Below the pieces are notes generated by a model, which was not told the origin of the DNA, ran no database searches, and was given only the letters and a program-made list of their open reading frames with translations. The position numbers and the translations under genes are program-made. A stretch of DNA of 64,000 nucleotides from Vicugna vicugna (lineage: Eukaryota): NCBI GenBank assembly GCA_013265495.1, contig MU062317.1:744001-808000 (forward strand), given 5' to 3'. Of the stretch, positions 36,183 through 48,532 are shown piece after piece. Position 1 is the first letter of the stretch. Each line of letters starts with the position of its first letter.

Positions 36183-39052
36183 ACGTGTGTGCGCGGGCAG
36201 CAGGGCGTCAGCATGGGAGATAACGTTCATCCAGGGGGCGTGCACACCGAGCCTGCCCTTCCTGTTTCTTTGGGAACGCGGGACCCTTCTGCCAGCTCTG
36301 CCAGCGGCTGTGCGCGATCTCGGAGCAGCGGGGATGCTGAGCCCAGAAACGGGACTGGGAGAGGAGCTTGGTCACAGACCTGGCGCTCCCTCTCCAACCT
36401 CCGCGGGGCGGGCAGGGGCCGGGGGGGTGGGCAGCCATGCATTCAGTTTGGTCACAGAGTCCTGAATCTGGCCCTCTCCTGGTTCTAATCTAAATAAATG
36501 GCCCAGGGAAATGCATTTGAAATTTAGGGGAGCGGTGAGCCCAGGGCTGCGAGGGAGCAGGGTTCTCCAAGCAGCTGGGATTTGCGTTGTAAATAAGCTG
36601 ACAAGTGGCTAGTGAAATTTATGGCTGTGCTGTGTAAAATCACACACCACCGCGCTCCGACGGGAATGAGAGAGCACAGACTGGCCGGCCCGGGGACCTT
36701 GCCGTGACCGCGTCTCCGCCATCCTGGGGAAGCCAGACAGGGTGTGGGGAAGGTGACACGGCCCCGGGTGGGCGGCAGCGTCCTCCCGGGACCCAGTGGG
36801 GCCATACCTGCCATCACAGGGAGAAGCCTTTTGGGAACTGTGAAAGCCGGGAAGGGGAGAAAGAAGAGACTGTGGAACCCAGCCCCGATCGTAAAACTAA
36901 CAAAGGATGGACACGTATGCGCCACCCGTCGCCCCGATGGCCATGGTGATGGGAGCTTGCTGGGGTGCTATGGCGTAACTCAGGCAGCAGGACGGGAGCC
37001 CGAAAGGAAATGAACGGCAGGTGGGGAGGCAGCATCCTTAAGCCAGAACCCCAGGTCCCACCAGGAGCCCACGGCCAGCCCACGGGCACCCGCGTCCAGA
37101 GTGTGGCTCAAGGTCCCCTGGCAGCAGCCTGCAGGGACCTCTGAGCCCGGCTGCCAGGACAGGTGAAGGAAGCAGCCTGCCTCGCTCCCAGGCCAATGTC
37201 TGAATTTCTCCACCCGCGTCTCAACAAGCTCTACGTGCTGGAGCTTGAAGAGATGGTTCCCAGTCCACGTGAAGATCTGTGAGCCGGGAGAAGCCGTCAG
37301 CAGGCGGCCGTGGGCCCGCCGGCCGGAGGTTTGATCTCCCCTCTAGGAAGCACCCCAGTCGCAGTAAAGGGTCTTTCTTTCCCCACGTCAGGGCTTTGAG
37401 ACACACCCTGAGGGACTGTAGATGATCCCGGGCCAGGACTCAAAAGGAAGCACGTTCCAGTGTCCAAGCACCCAGGACAGTGCGTGAAGAGCCCTGCTCC
37501 CTCCCGCCTGTGAGGGCCCCACACAGCCCGGTCCCTCAGGGCGCACACGCAGCGCACACGCGTGGGCGCCGGGCAAGCAGTTTTAATCAGCGTCTCCTGG
37601 GGGGCCTGGCCTGTGCCGGCACCGGGTTCTGTGGACCCAAGGGCACGTTTTCCTCCTCCAGCTCAGGCCCCTCTGACTCCCAGAGCGAGCCCGGGAGCCC
37701 GGTGACATCACCAGCAGCCACCACCCCAACCCCTCACGGCAGGGCTGCCTCGAGCCAGATCAAGGCAGGATTCGCAACGCAAACTTTCAGAGTAATGGTC
37801 ACGCAAGTCGACTCTCACGAGATTGGAAAAAGCACAAGAAATAGATGATAATTAAATCCTATAAACGCGGCCCTGACCCCTCCCCGTCCCCCCCAGGGGG
37901 CTCTCACACACAACACTGTCCAGAAGTCAGCTCTCCTTACAGAAACACTCACGGCTCATTTTCGGGGAGGGAACTGGGCCACACCAGCCTTGGTTAAGTT
38001 GTAAGCCACTTTTTGAGGGGAAGGGCGGGGGCTGTGTGTCGGGGACGGGCTGAGAGCACTGAACATAGAACAGGCAAGTGACGTGTATCCAGCCAGGACA
38101 GAACACAGCTCGTGATGGTCGGGGGGGTGGGGCACAGGGACATGACACCTGCAGGGGTCCCACGTGGCTGCCCTTCCCAGGGAAGGGGACACTCCCGGTC
38201 TCTGGGGTCAGTGGGTGACTCTGAGCTCTGTGTGGCTGGAGTACAAGGATCTTTTGCTGCCAATGTGAAACCACGCCAAACCCCTGCCTCCCACGCTGCT
38301 GCCCACCAGACACACCCCAGGATGCTATCTCGGCCTCGGAACCAGCATTTCCCCACGTGCTTCTCGGTCACCACCTCTTGGGACTCCCAGCCCTACTGGG
38401 CGGTGCCCTCAACTCCTGCCCCACAAGGGCCTCAGAGACCGAGGTGGAGGGCCGCGGTGTCATGTGTGCTGGGATCCTGGGTGAGTCAGGGGCGTCTCTG
38501 AGCCTCAGGCTCCGAGTCACTAAGACAGTGACGCCATCACTAGTTGTGAACACGAAATGCAGTGGCTCTCAGTCCCCCATCTCTGGCTGCATCTCTGCAG
38601 GAGGGAGCCCAGGCACCGAGGAGTGAGGTGCGGGCAGACCCCGCTTCTGTCCAGAGCAGTCGGGGGACATGGGCGAGTCCCTCGGGACACCCACGTTCAC
38701 ACACAGCCCCTTTCCTCCGGGACTGGCCCACCCTCATATTTTTGCCTGATGCGCCGGCCCTGGTCCCTGCCCTGGGTTAGGTCAGTGATGGCTGTGGTTG
38801 GGCTGGGTGCGGGTGATGCTGATCACCCCCTGGCCTGGCTTCCGCTCCCCTTGCCCTGAACCCCCTGCTCTGGTCAATGCCCCCGCGGCAGGTGGGAGGG
38901 TCCCCTGGGTCAGCCTCATCTTTGCAGAATCCCAGGGCACAGAATGGCTCTGGGGCCAGGAGGGAGGGACCCAGGACACGGCCCGAGCTCGCTGTCTCCC
39001 ACCCGCCGCCCTTCCCGCGGAGGCGGAGGATTGGCCCGGAGCCGGCTCCCAC

Positions 39053-39130
39053 CTGTACGGCTGCTCCCCCGTGTGTGTCCTCAAGTGCCTTGTGAGGTTC
39101 GCTGAGCGGGGGAAGATCTTGCCACAGTAC
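39053..39130 (-). CDS. PRDM16: PRDM16 exon 12 (second finger cluster)
   Basis: [25 protein letters not shown]; GCAG|G and AG|GTGGGA; 78 nt. Confidence 0.97.
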
Positions 39131-39739
39131 CTGCGGTGGGGGGGAGGGGTGCCATTAGACAGGAGTGCCGCCAGAGACTCAGGCATCAGGTGCTTCCCAG
39201 TACCGCTCCTCCAGCTGGGGACCGGGGCCCGAGTTCCTGTCCCTGGGGGGTAGGTGGCCCGGCTGCACATCCTGGATTTCAGTCTCTCCTCAGTCCCGGG
39301 GCCCAGCGGAGGCTCACAGGGAAGCCCGGCACGCACTACTGGGCAGACAGGACTGTGGCCAGTCCTGACCCGTCCCAGGGCTGTGCCCCTGCCCCACGGA
39401 GTGTCTCAGCCCGGAGCCCAGCCTTGGCCGAGCCGGCAAGGACCGGCTCGCACAGGCCTGCGCAGCGGGGGACGGACAGGTCTTCCCACCCGCCCCCAGA
39501 GCTCTGGTCACACACTGCCCGGCACCCCGCAGCCTCCGGCGGCCCGAGTTCCACCCGGCCGGCCAAGGCTGCCTTCTCTCGCCCTCACAGGAGCTCAGCT
39601 TGGTGGGGGGCACATGTATATCTCCGGGCGTGACCTCGGGGGACAGCGGGCCATTTGCTGCTGGCACGCTGCGCCCTCTGGCTGGGACCGCAGTGCAGGG
39701 CCACCAGCCAGCGTGGCCGCCCCCGGCCTCGGGCCTCAC

Positions 39740-39909
39740 CTGCACGTGTACCGCTCCTTGCCCTTCCTGAGGATGGGGTCCGAGAGCGTCGGGGGTGGGG
39801 ACCGGAAGTTGAAGGGGTGGTGGGAGAGGGGCTGCAGGGAGCTGCCGGAGTCCGCCTTCATGGCTGCGAAGCTCTCCAGCTTCTCCGTCATGGTCTCGAT
39901 GGCAGACAT
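39740..39909 (-). CDS. PRDM16: PRDM16 exon 11
   Basis: MSAIETMTEKLESFAAMKADSGSSLQPLSHHPFNFRSPPPTLSDPILRKGKERYTC; CAG|ATG and AG|GTGAGG; 170 nt. Confidence 0.97.
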
Positions 39910-42621
39910 CTGTCGGTGCGAGAGCGGGAGAGGCTGTGGGACTCTCCGCGAGCTGCCGCCTCTCCTGACGCGTGTGGACCCACGCACGGGCATCTGAGGC
40001 CCTGGACGACCGCCCGGGAGGTCATCGGAAGCAGTCTCCTGGCCGCCTCTCGGCCTCTGAGCGGGCCCTCACCTTCTGCGGCCAGCCCCGCGCCTGTCCC
40101 TCCCAGAGCCCCGTCGCAGTCGGGTCTGGGCGGGGGGCTGCCCCTGGCCTCCACTGGACAGCCTCCCCGCTGGTGAGACACGGGAGACCGCACAGCCCCT
40201 TACTGCGAAGGCGCTGCTGGCTGGGCCTCTGGCCAGCACTGCTGGATGGCTAGTTTGGGTTAAAGACAGAATTTTACCTTTTTTTTAGTTGTGAAATGTC
40301 AAAAAGTTCCTAACTCTCAGGGTGGGACTTGGCTCAGGCGCCTGAGGCACCACCACCACCACCTGGAGGCAGCAGGCCGTCATTGCAGGCAAAGTGCCGA
40401 AAAGGAGTCCAACAGCCTCAGACTAGACCCCATTACCTGAGCCTGGGAGCAATGGAGCCAAGGTGACCCAGCACACGGTCACGTGGACAAAGGGGCCGCC
40501 TCTCTGCTCCTGGAGAGGCCAAGGGCTCGTCTAGGGAGGGGAAGGAGCGGCTCTCTCGGGGCATCGGTCACCTCCACACGGTGGGCACGGTTCTGATGGG
40601 AACCCCAGGCTGCGCCTGCCCCAGGGGCCTTGGGGCTTGCAGACGGCAGAGGGGACGGGGCAGCACGGGCCTCAGCTGCACTTCTCTGCCTGAGAGAGCC
40701 CTTGGCAAGCTGGGCCCCGGCGCAGGCTGGGGTGGGGCCAGAAAAGGAAGAGCTGTCATTGCGCCCAGGGTCCCTCAGGGTTTAGGCTGGCAAATAACTG
40801 GCTACAGTAAAATGCCAGAAAGGGGTTAGGGAACAGAAAGTGGGGTCTTTCCCTTGACCCCGGGCAGCTGCCTGGGCGCTGGTCAGCTCCAACCGGCGGC
40901 AGGGGTCGGGGCTCGCCACCCCCAGGGCGGGCATGCTCCCCCATCAGATGCTTCCAGCTGGGGTGGCCCTCCCCGTGCCCACAGAAGACAGGCAGAAACT
41001 GCCCTGCCCCTCAGCCACCGTCCAGCCTTCCGCTGGCCCCTCCACGGCCCAGGGACCTGCGCACACTCTGCCCGCCTGCCTCTGGGGCTCAGTTTTAGCC
41101 ACAGCCTTAGGAGGCTCTGGGACTCGCCACCACCCCAGACTCCCCAGGGCCCCGGGGAGGTTAAGCGCAGTGACTCAGCGGACCGCCTCACCCTGCACCC
41201 CAGGGGCTGCACACCTGCATGTCAGACCTCGGAATGGAAGGCCCTGTCATGTCCTACCAGGCAGCTGACCAGCACGGACTGACGTCTAGGCACAGTGGTG
41301 ACCCTCAGACTTTGTAAGAGTCCGCAAGTTCTCCTGTCCGAGTGATGGACTGACCTCAGATCACTTAACCAGGTGACTTAGTAGTCCTCTGTCCAGCCCC
41401 CAACCCTGGCTCTGGGCCCACGGGCAGGCAGCGGGGGTGGCAGGGCTGGGGGAGTGGGCAGCAGGGACAATGGGCAGCCGGTCCCCTGCCAGGCCGGTCG
41501 TCCTCAGGCCTGGGTGGGCCCGGCCTGCCCAGCCTGATCAGATACTCCCGGCTGAGCTCCGGCACAAACACAAACACAGGATGTGCCTGGCTGGCTTGCC
41601 GGTTTTTTCCAGCCGGTCCCGAGGAAATCAGGGGAAGTTCTTAACCAAACTGCGAGGCCCCAGCAAGACAATGGGAGGTACTAAGTTTAGCTGTGAGCCC
41701 AGGCAGGGTGCAGGTCCCACAAACGGGGGGTGTGTCCCAGGCGGGAAACACAGAGCAGAACAAGGCGTGGGTCTGGAGTCTGGGCCCAGGCCGGTCCCGC
41801 CACGCAGTCCCCGGATCCCCGGCAGGGCCAGGGCAGGCCCGGGGCTCCGGGGACGGGGCTGGGCCCTGAGCAGTGAGGAAGGGTGGGCGTCGGGGTGGGG
41901 AAGCGGGGAGACTCGTGGCTCTGCCGCTCAGCCCCACACTGCAGCCTCTCTGTGCCCACCCCTGGGGGGATGAGCTGGGGTGGGTGCAGGAGGGCACAGG
42001 AGTGCTGGCTGGCTTGGTGGGGTCTGCGGCCACTGCCCAGGCTTGGGGCTGTCTTTCCCAGACCCCTGACTCTGGTCTTAACAGGCGGCCTCGCCGCTGT
42101 CCGCAGCCCTGGGGAGGGCGGTCCTCCTGCCCAGCACCCCCGGGACCCCTGCTCTTGGCGCCAGTCCCTCTGCTTCCGCCCTGGCCCCCCTCTGTCCCCG
42201 CCGTGTGCGGGCCCTGTCTCCCTGGTCTTTTCCCTCAAGTGCCCCCAGGTCCCTGCACCAGAAAGGCCCGCCTGCTCTCTCCCCCCCGGGCTCTCTCCCG
42301 GACCTATCCTCCTTACATTAAAAACTCTTGGGTTCGCTGCATCCAAGCTGCTGCCCGCCCGCCGCCCCAAGGAGGTTCACCGGCTTCCAGACCCGAGTCA
42401 TGGGTCGGTGGGCGCCCCTGTGCAGTGGGGGCCTGGGCTGTCTCTGAGGGACCGGCAGGGCCGTCTCCTCTGAGAACCACCCTCCCCCCTCACCTGTCCC
42501 GGCCCTTCTCATCCTCTCCGGCCTCACAGTGACCCGTGGGTCTGCAGGGACGGGAAGCGGAGGCCTGCCTGGGGTGTGTGGCTTGGCCTGAATGGACCTC
42601 GGGGCCCTGCCGGGGCCTTAC

Positions 42622-42709
42622 CTGGGGGTGGAGGAGCAGTGGGGACGGCCGCAGGTACTTGTCCTTAAGGGCGCCCACCGGGTCGGTCACCTTCCGCTTC
42701 TCCACCCTG
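42622..42709 (-). CDS. PRDM16: PRDM16 exon 10 (88 nt, or 85 nt with the second AG)
   Basis: (S)[29 protein letters not shown]; tandem acceptor CAGCAG; donor CAG|GTAAGG. Confidence 0.95.
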
Positions 42710-45700
42710 CTGGACAGCAACACAGAGGGTTACGTACCCCACCGAGTGGCCTAGCTTCCACAGCTCCATCACCACGTCTCACCTGGCGGCCGTGGGGAAG
42801 TGCGCGACCCGGCCACGCACTCGCCTGCCCGAGCCTCCCAGCCCAAGCACGCGCTCCCCATCACCACGCCCAGGTCGGGACCCCTTCGAGTCTCCCCGGC
42901 GTCTGCCCCAGCCTCCCAGCTGCCGGCACCCACACGCGTGATGAATGCTTGATGCCGGAGCCAGGACTCTTCCCTGAGGGCTGGTGTGCACTAGCCAACT
43001 GGCCCACTGGCCCCGTGGGGTCCAGGGCTTCCAGAAGCAGCACGTGGAGCACATGGGAGGCTGCTGCCTACACCCCACTTCCCTGTCCCTCCCAGCCCTG
43101 GCAGGGTGCTCTGCTCAGCCTCCACCAGTAGGTCCCTATCCTGGGGAATTCGCAGGGCCTCCCTTGGCAGCCAGGCGGGGTCTACCTAGAATCTCACGAA
43201 GCCTGGGGATGACAATTCGAGAACGTTCCCCAAATGCCAGGACAGTTCCGTCGATCACGACAAGCAGAGGAGGTGGCCGGCACGCGTCCTGTGGTCCCTC
43301 CTCTCCTCCAACCCCTCCCCTCACCGTTTCCTCAGCCTCACTCAGGGAGGTCGAGGTTTACACAGTGCAATCTGGGGACACCTGCCACCCCACCACAGGC
43401 AGCTGTAGCCGCGCTGAACCTGCTGCCTCGTTTGCACCACGGCCCTGACCCCAGGGGACCAGCTGGGGGCACCGACCAGAGCTGCAAGGAGGGGAGACAG
43501 CAGGGCCACCCGGGAATCCCAAGGGCGGGATCTCCCCACAGGGCACAGGTGGCCACAGGGGACCCCAGGCAGGTCCAGGGCAGGAGACAGGAGTGTGTGG
43601 GGTGAAGTGTCCCGCGGAGAGAGGACAAGCCCTGGGGAGAGGTGGTCTCATGGGGGAAGGTGGCTTCAGGGCACCTTGCTTCACAGGGCTTAGCTGAGGC
43701 TCCGGTCAAAGTGGCACCGCGTGAACCTTTCGGCAAACCCCGCGGTGGGGGTGCTCCGGCCGAGGAAGGGGCCTCCCGTGGGAGGGGTCGATCACTGTTT
43801 CCTTCTGCCTTTCCCTGACCTCTGTGTCTCGCAGCAGCCTACCAGGCTGGCTCTGAACCACCAGCCCCACCGGCCCCAGTGGACACGTGCTCTGCCAGGT
43901 GCACGGCTTTTGTCACCACTGTGTCCCCAGCCCGCTGTGCAGAAGCAGCGGCACGTGGACGTGAGAGGGGCTGGTGGGTCGGGCGGGGCCCCTTGGGCAG
44001 TGCTGGGTTCCTCCAACCCCAGGGGGCAGGATTGTGGGTTACACACCCAGGGTCATCCCTTAGGGACAGCCTGTGGGGACAGTGGGGAGTTCTACTGGAG
44101 TCACCCGCCAGGACCCCCCAGGAGCTGAGGGAATCCTAGGCCAGCCCGCTCACCAGCAGTCATAGTCACTCCTACCTTTGCTTGGAGGGGAAACTTCATG
44201 ACACCTGTTTGTCCTGACTGGGTTTGGGGGGCAGTGGGGAGTGAATTTGGAGCTAACCCACTCTCGGGCATTTTGCTGGCGTCTGTGTGCAAAGCTGGGG
44301 CCCGGCAGCCCCTCCATCAGCCGCTGTACCCCAAATTCTGAGGGCAGGAGCCTGGCACCTGCTGGGTCTAAGAGGGGCTCCAGGAGGGGGCTCGGGGACC
44401 TGAGGCTGGTTCCTGCCTCCAGGCCTGACTCTCTGCTCTGCCAGCGTCCAGGAGAAGGCCCTAAAGCAGGCCTGGAGAGAGGAGGTGGGGAAGGCAGAGG
44501 AGGGTCAGGGGCCAAAGAAGACCTCGGGCGGGGTGGGGGGGGTGGATGAGGAGGCCGGGAGAGCAGGGGCTGGGGGAGGCCAGGGACTGAGCGGGGAACT
44601 CAGCTGAGAGCCTTTCGCAGGCCTGCCGGCTCCAGCTCTGGGGGCCTGACCAGCAGGTCCCATGCCTAGGTCTCCAATCCCACCCCACCCCTGCACGAGA
44701 GTGTGTGTGCCATGGGGTGCCTCCTCCCTCCGGCCCCAGGGTCTCCTGGCCTTGCCTGGGTCCTAGAAAGTCACCCTCCGCTGAGCCTCTAGTCCACTGT
44801 CTCAGACCACCTGTGGATGGCGCATTCTTAAAGAAACACCCACAGGAGGCACTGTCATGTGTCCAGGGATGCAGGAAACAGGACTGGCTGCAGACAGCCG
44901 GCTGGGGCCCCAGGCGGGCGTGCAGGGCGGAACCCGAGTGGGCGCCGGCCGGCAGAGCGGGCGGCTGGCCTGTCTCCCCGCTGGCGGCTCTGTCGCGCTC
45001 TGACACAACTTCCTCTCATGAGTGCCTTCAGCAGAGGTGACCGCACCTGCACGCCCGTCCCCAGGCCCTGCCTGGCCCCTGGGAACAGCAGGCACATGAG
45101 CCCTCAGGGCGGAACACCACTGTGTACTTGCACATGTGTGTGCCCACGGGGCTCTGCTCACACACAGCCCTGGGCCCATGTCAACTGCAACTGTCTGTGC
45201 CACGTGGCTGCCTGCACCGTGCACGGCCCACGTGCACAGCCCCCTCCTCAGGGCTCAGCCTGCCCAGCACCCCTGCGGCACGTGTGGTGGTGGGGGGTCA
45301 GAGTACTCTCACCTAACAGACCCACTTGATCAGAGCCTGCCCGGAAACTGGGGCGGGGGGTGGTCCTCTGGCCCCTCACCAGGAGGGCTGTCAGAGATAT
45401 CGGGCACTGATTCTTTTTGCAAACCCTCCGAAGCTTCCCCCTTCCTTCCACCCCTTCTCCCTCTGGGGACAAGTGGCTCTTCTGATCTCTCGTGGGCCCC
45501 CAGAAGCCCTGGCTGTGGCTCGAGGGAGGGGTGGGGGCCACAGAGCAGCCATGGGAGAGTAGAGATGCAGGAACAGAGGAGAGAGGCAGGATGTGAGGGT
45601 TGTGGGAGGCAGAATCGGTCCAGAGAAGACAGCAGAGACAACAGCAGGAGAGCCCCAGGGCTGGTGTCTGAGGGTGGGCTCGGGGGGAGGGGGCTCGAGA

Positions 45701-45969
45701 GAAGTGGGGCATCCCAGTGACTGTCAGCGAGAGGGAGCCATGTGTGCCCAGGAGACCCGGCCCCGGCCTCCCGAACGGGGCAGCCAGGTGCCCCCCAGGA
45801 AGGGCCAGCCTGGATGCAGACCCCCACGGGGCAGAGACTGGGGCGCCTTCTGAAGCCACAAAGGCAGAAGCAGGAAGCTCAGGGGAGCAGGTGAGGGCGT
45901 CCCCTCCGGCCGCTGCCCTGGCTGGCTGCCCACCTGGGGGGAGCAGGTGAGGGCAGGGCATGTTAATAC

Positions 45970-47383
45970 CTGTAGATGGGGTCCATGAAAAAGGGTGACG
46001 GCTTGGCGTAGTGCAGGGCGGGCTGCTGGGGTAGCTGCGCTGGGCAGGCCTTGGGCAGCCCCTCGCCGGCCCCCAGCCTGCGCTCCCCATAGACGTGGTT
46101 CTTGCGGGGCTCGCGGCCCCCTCCGTTCTGGCTGGCCCGTGCGCGGCTGCCGATGCTCAGGTCCAGGGGCTGCTCCTCGCCAGACGCCAGGGCCGGGGGC
46201 ACCCTGGGCGCCGGTGGGACGGGCTTGGCCTCTTTCGGTCTGGTGGTGAGGTCGAAGGGGGACTCGGCGCTGGGGCCGCCCGCCTTGAGGGCATCCCGGG
46301 GAGACTTTGGCTCGGCCTTGACCAGCAGGTTGTGGGCGAGGGCGCGGTCGGTGAAGGGGCAGAGGGAGTGGGGGAAGCTGGGCAGGAACTGGAAGGGGAA
46401 CACTGAGGGGTAGGGCAGAGCGCCCAGCTTCTTGTCCTGCACGCCCAGGAAGCCCGGCCCGAAGTACTTCTCTGCGATGGACGCGATGGCCTTGATGGAG
46501 TCGCCCGCGGCGCCTGACGCCGTCAGCAGCTGCTCCTCGGGCGGCGGGAAGAAGTGCTGGGAGTAGAAGACGGGCACCTCGCCCACGCCGTGCGCGCCGC
46601 CGGGGGGCGCCGCGCCGCCGCCCCCGAACTCGGGCTTGCCCTCCGCCGCCTTGCCCTTGTCCTTGGCCTTGTCGCGGTCGCTGTCCACGTCGCTGTCCAG
46701 GTCGGAGCCCGTGGTTGTGTCCAGGTCGGTCCCGGTCGTGGTGTTGATGTCCTCGAAGTCGCTGCCGTCCGACAGGTCGCTGCCCCGCGGCTTGAGCTTC
46801 GTGGGGGCGTACGCGTCCTCCAGGCGGCTCTCCGGCTTCTCCTCGGGGCCCACGGCCGCCGTGGTGCCCTGGCTGCTGTTGCCGACAGCGGAGACAAGTG
46901 GCAGGGCCGGGTTGCCCAGGGGGCTGGGGAGCTTGGCGTCCTGCGTGTGGTTCAGGGGGCTCTTGAGCAGTGGTGTGGGAGGTAGCAGAGGCGGCCGGGG
47001 GTACAGGGACGGAGGGAAGATGCCGGGGAAGCCCGGCGTGAGCGTGGGGAAGGCGGGGGGCGCCGCGGAGAAGGGCAGGCCCCCGGGGTGCGGCCGGGAG
47101 GGGAAGTACTCGTGGAAGCCCAGGCCGGTGTGGTTGAGGCCGGGGGGGTGCTTGGCCTTGTCCATCACGGGGCTGGGGGTCAGGGGCAGGCCTGCNNNNN
47201 NNNNNNNNNNNNNNNNNNNNNNNNNNNNNNNNNNNNNNNNNNNNNNNNNNNNNNNNNNNNNNNNNNNNNNNNNNNNNNNNNNNNNNNNNNNNNNNNNNNN
47301 NNNNNNNNNNNNNNNNNNNNNNNNNNNNNNNNNNNNNNNNNNNNNNNNNNNNNNNNNNNNNNNNNNNNNNNNNNNGACCTCAC
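45970..47383 (-). CDS. PRDM16: PRDM16 exon 9 (end of first finger cluster hidden in gap; Pro-rich and CtBP-binding repression region)
   Basis: TTTTAG|GT GAG GTC and TAC AG|GTATTA; 1414 nt including 180 N, frame preserved. Contains PFDLT (46245-46259) and PLDLS (46155-46169) CtBP-type motifs, a VKAE SUMO consensus, and ends FFMDPIY. Confidence 0.95.
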
Positions 47384-48453
47384 CTAAAACGCCAGCAGAA
47401 AGCAAACACAGGCACGCTATAAAATGGCCCGGGAACCTGCGGTGCCGGGGGTGGGGGCCCCGGAGGAGCCCGTGTGGGATGTGAGCACGTGTGTGTGTCT
47501 GAGCACATGTGCATGCGTCACTGTGTGCGTGTCTGTCTGTGTGCTCACGTTGGTGTGAGCGCATGTTTGTACACGTGTCTATGTGTACACATGCATGTGT
47601 GTCATGCACGTGTAAATGCATGTTGTACATTCAGGTGTGTATGTCATACACATGTGCACAGATACATATATATGCATGTGCACCCCACCCTGGGACTGGC
47701 CTCTGGCGAGCAGCATGGGTGGGCAAGGGCCCCTGTGCCTTCCCTGGGGTCCCTGCGCCAGCTTGGACGCATCATGAAGTGCCTTGACCCTTTCCGCTGG
47801 GAAACGCGGTGCTGCTGCCCCTGTGCCCTGCCCACCATGAGCGTCTCATGGGGGCCAAGGTCTTCCGAAATCGTTCCCAGAGGTGAACAGAGTCACGGCA
47901 CACAACGTGGCTGCTGCTGCACCAGCCAGCCCAGAACTCCCGCCCGACCTCCCTACTCCTGTCAGTGACGCTATTCCAGCAGGGGTGGAGCAAACACTGA
48001 CCACCATGCTTGGTCTCCCATTTTCTAAGGGTTGAAATGCTCTCAGCTTCCCCCACTCCCTTCTGTCCCAGGCCCTGTGACCTGCACCCAGGACAGGGAG
48101 GCCTCAGGGTGACCAGCCCCTGGGGGGTCTTAGTTGGGGAGCCTAGACAAGGCCACCATCTGGGGGTGCCTGATGAGAGGGGAGCCCCTGGCAGGGCCAC
48201 GTGGAGAGGACCAGTTCCACGTCTGAGGAAAGGAAAACCTCCCCCCAAACTGGGGTGAAGAGGCACCACCAGCCTTGGGCGGACAGACGCTGGCCTCTGC
48301 TCTGTGCAGGAGAGGGTGGTGTGGCTGGAGTGGCATCAGAGCCCAGAGGCCCGGGGGGCCGCGTCTCAGACATTTTCCCAACGGCCTGTGAGCTGCGCCA
48401 GCGAGTGGCCAGCTTTTCTTTCTCCTCTTGTTTTTCTAGCCAGCAAGTGAGGA

Positions 48454-48465
48454 ACACACACACAC

Positions 48466-48529
<64 letters not shown>
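48454..48529. repeat. Long (AC)n microsatellite, about 37 units, one interruption
   Basis: Read directly from the sequence. Confidence 0.97.

Positions 48530-48532
<3 letters not shown>

Noticed and set aside
46636-47484. 282-aa antisense ORF over PRDM16 exon 9
   Set aside because: Shadow ORF explained by G/C-ending codons of the real exon; it starts in the intron and runs through the N gap.
47384-47630. His-rich N-terminus (MYNMHLHVHD...) of the 555-aa ORF
   Set aside because: Translation of the intronic CA-rich repeat that happens to be in frame with exon 9.
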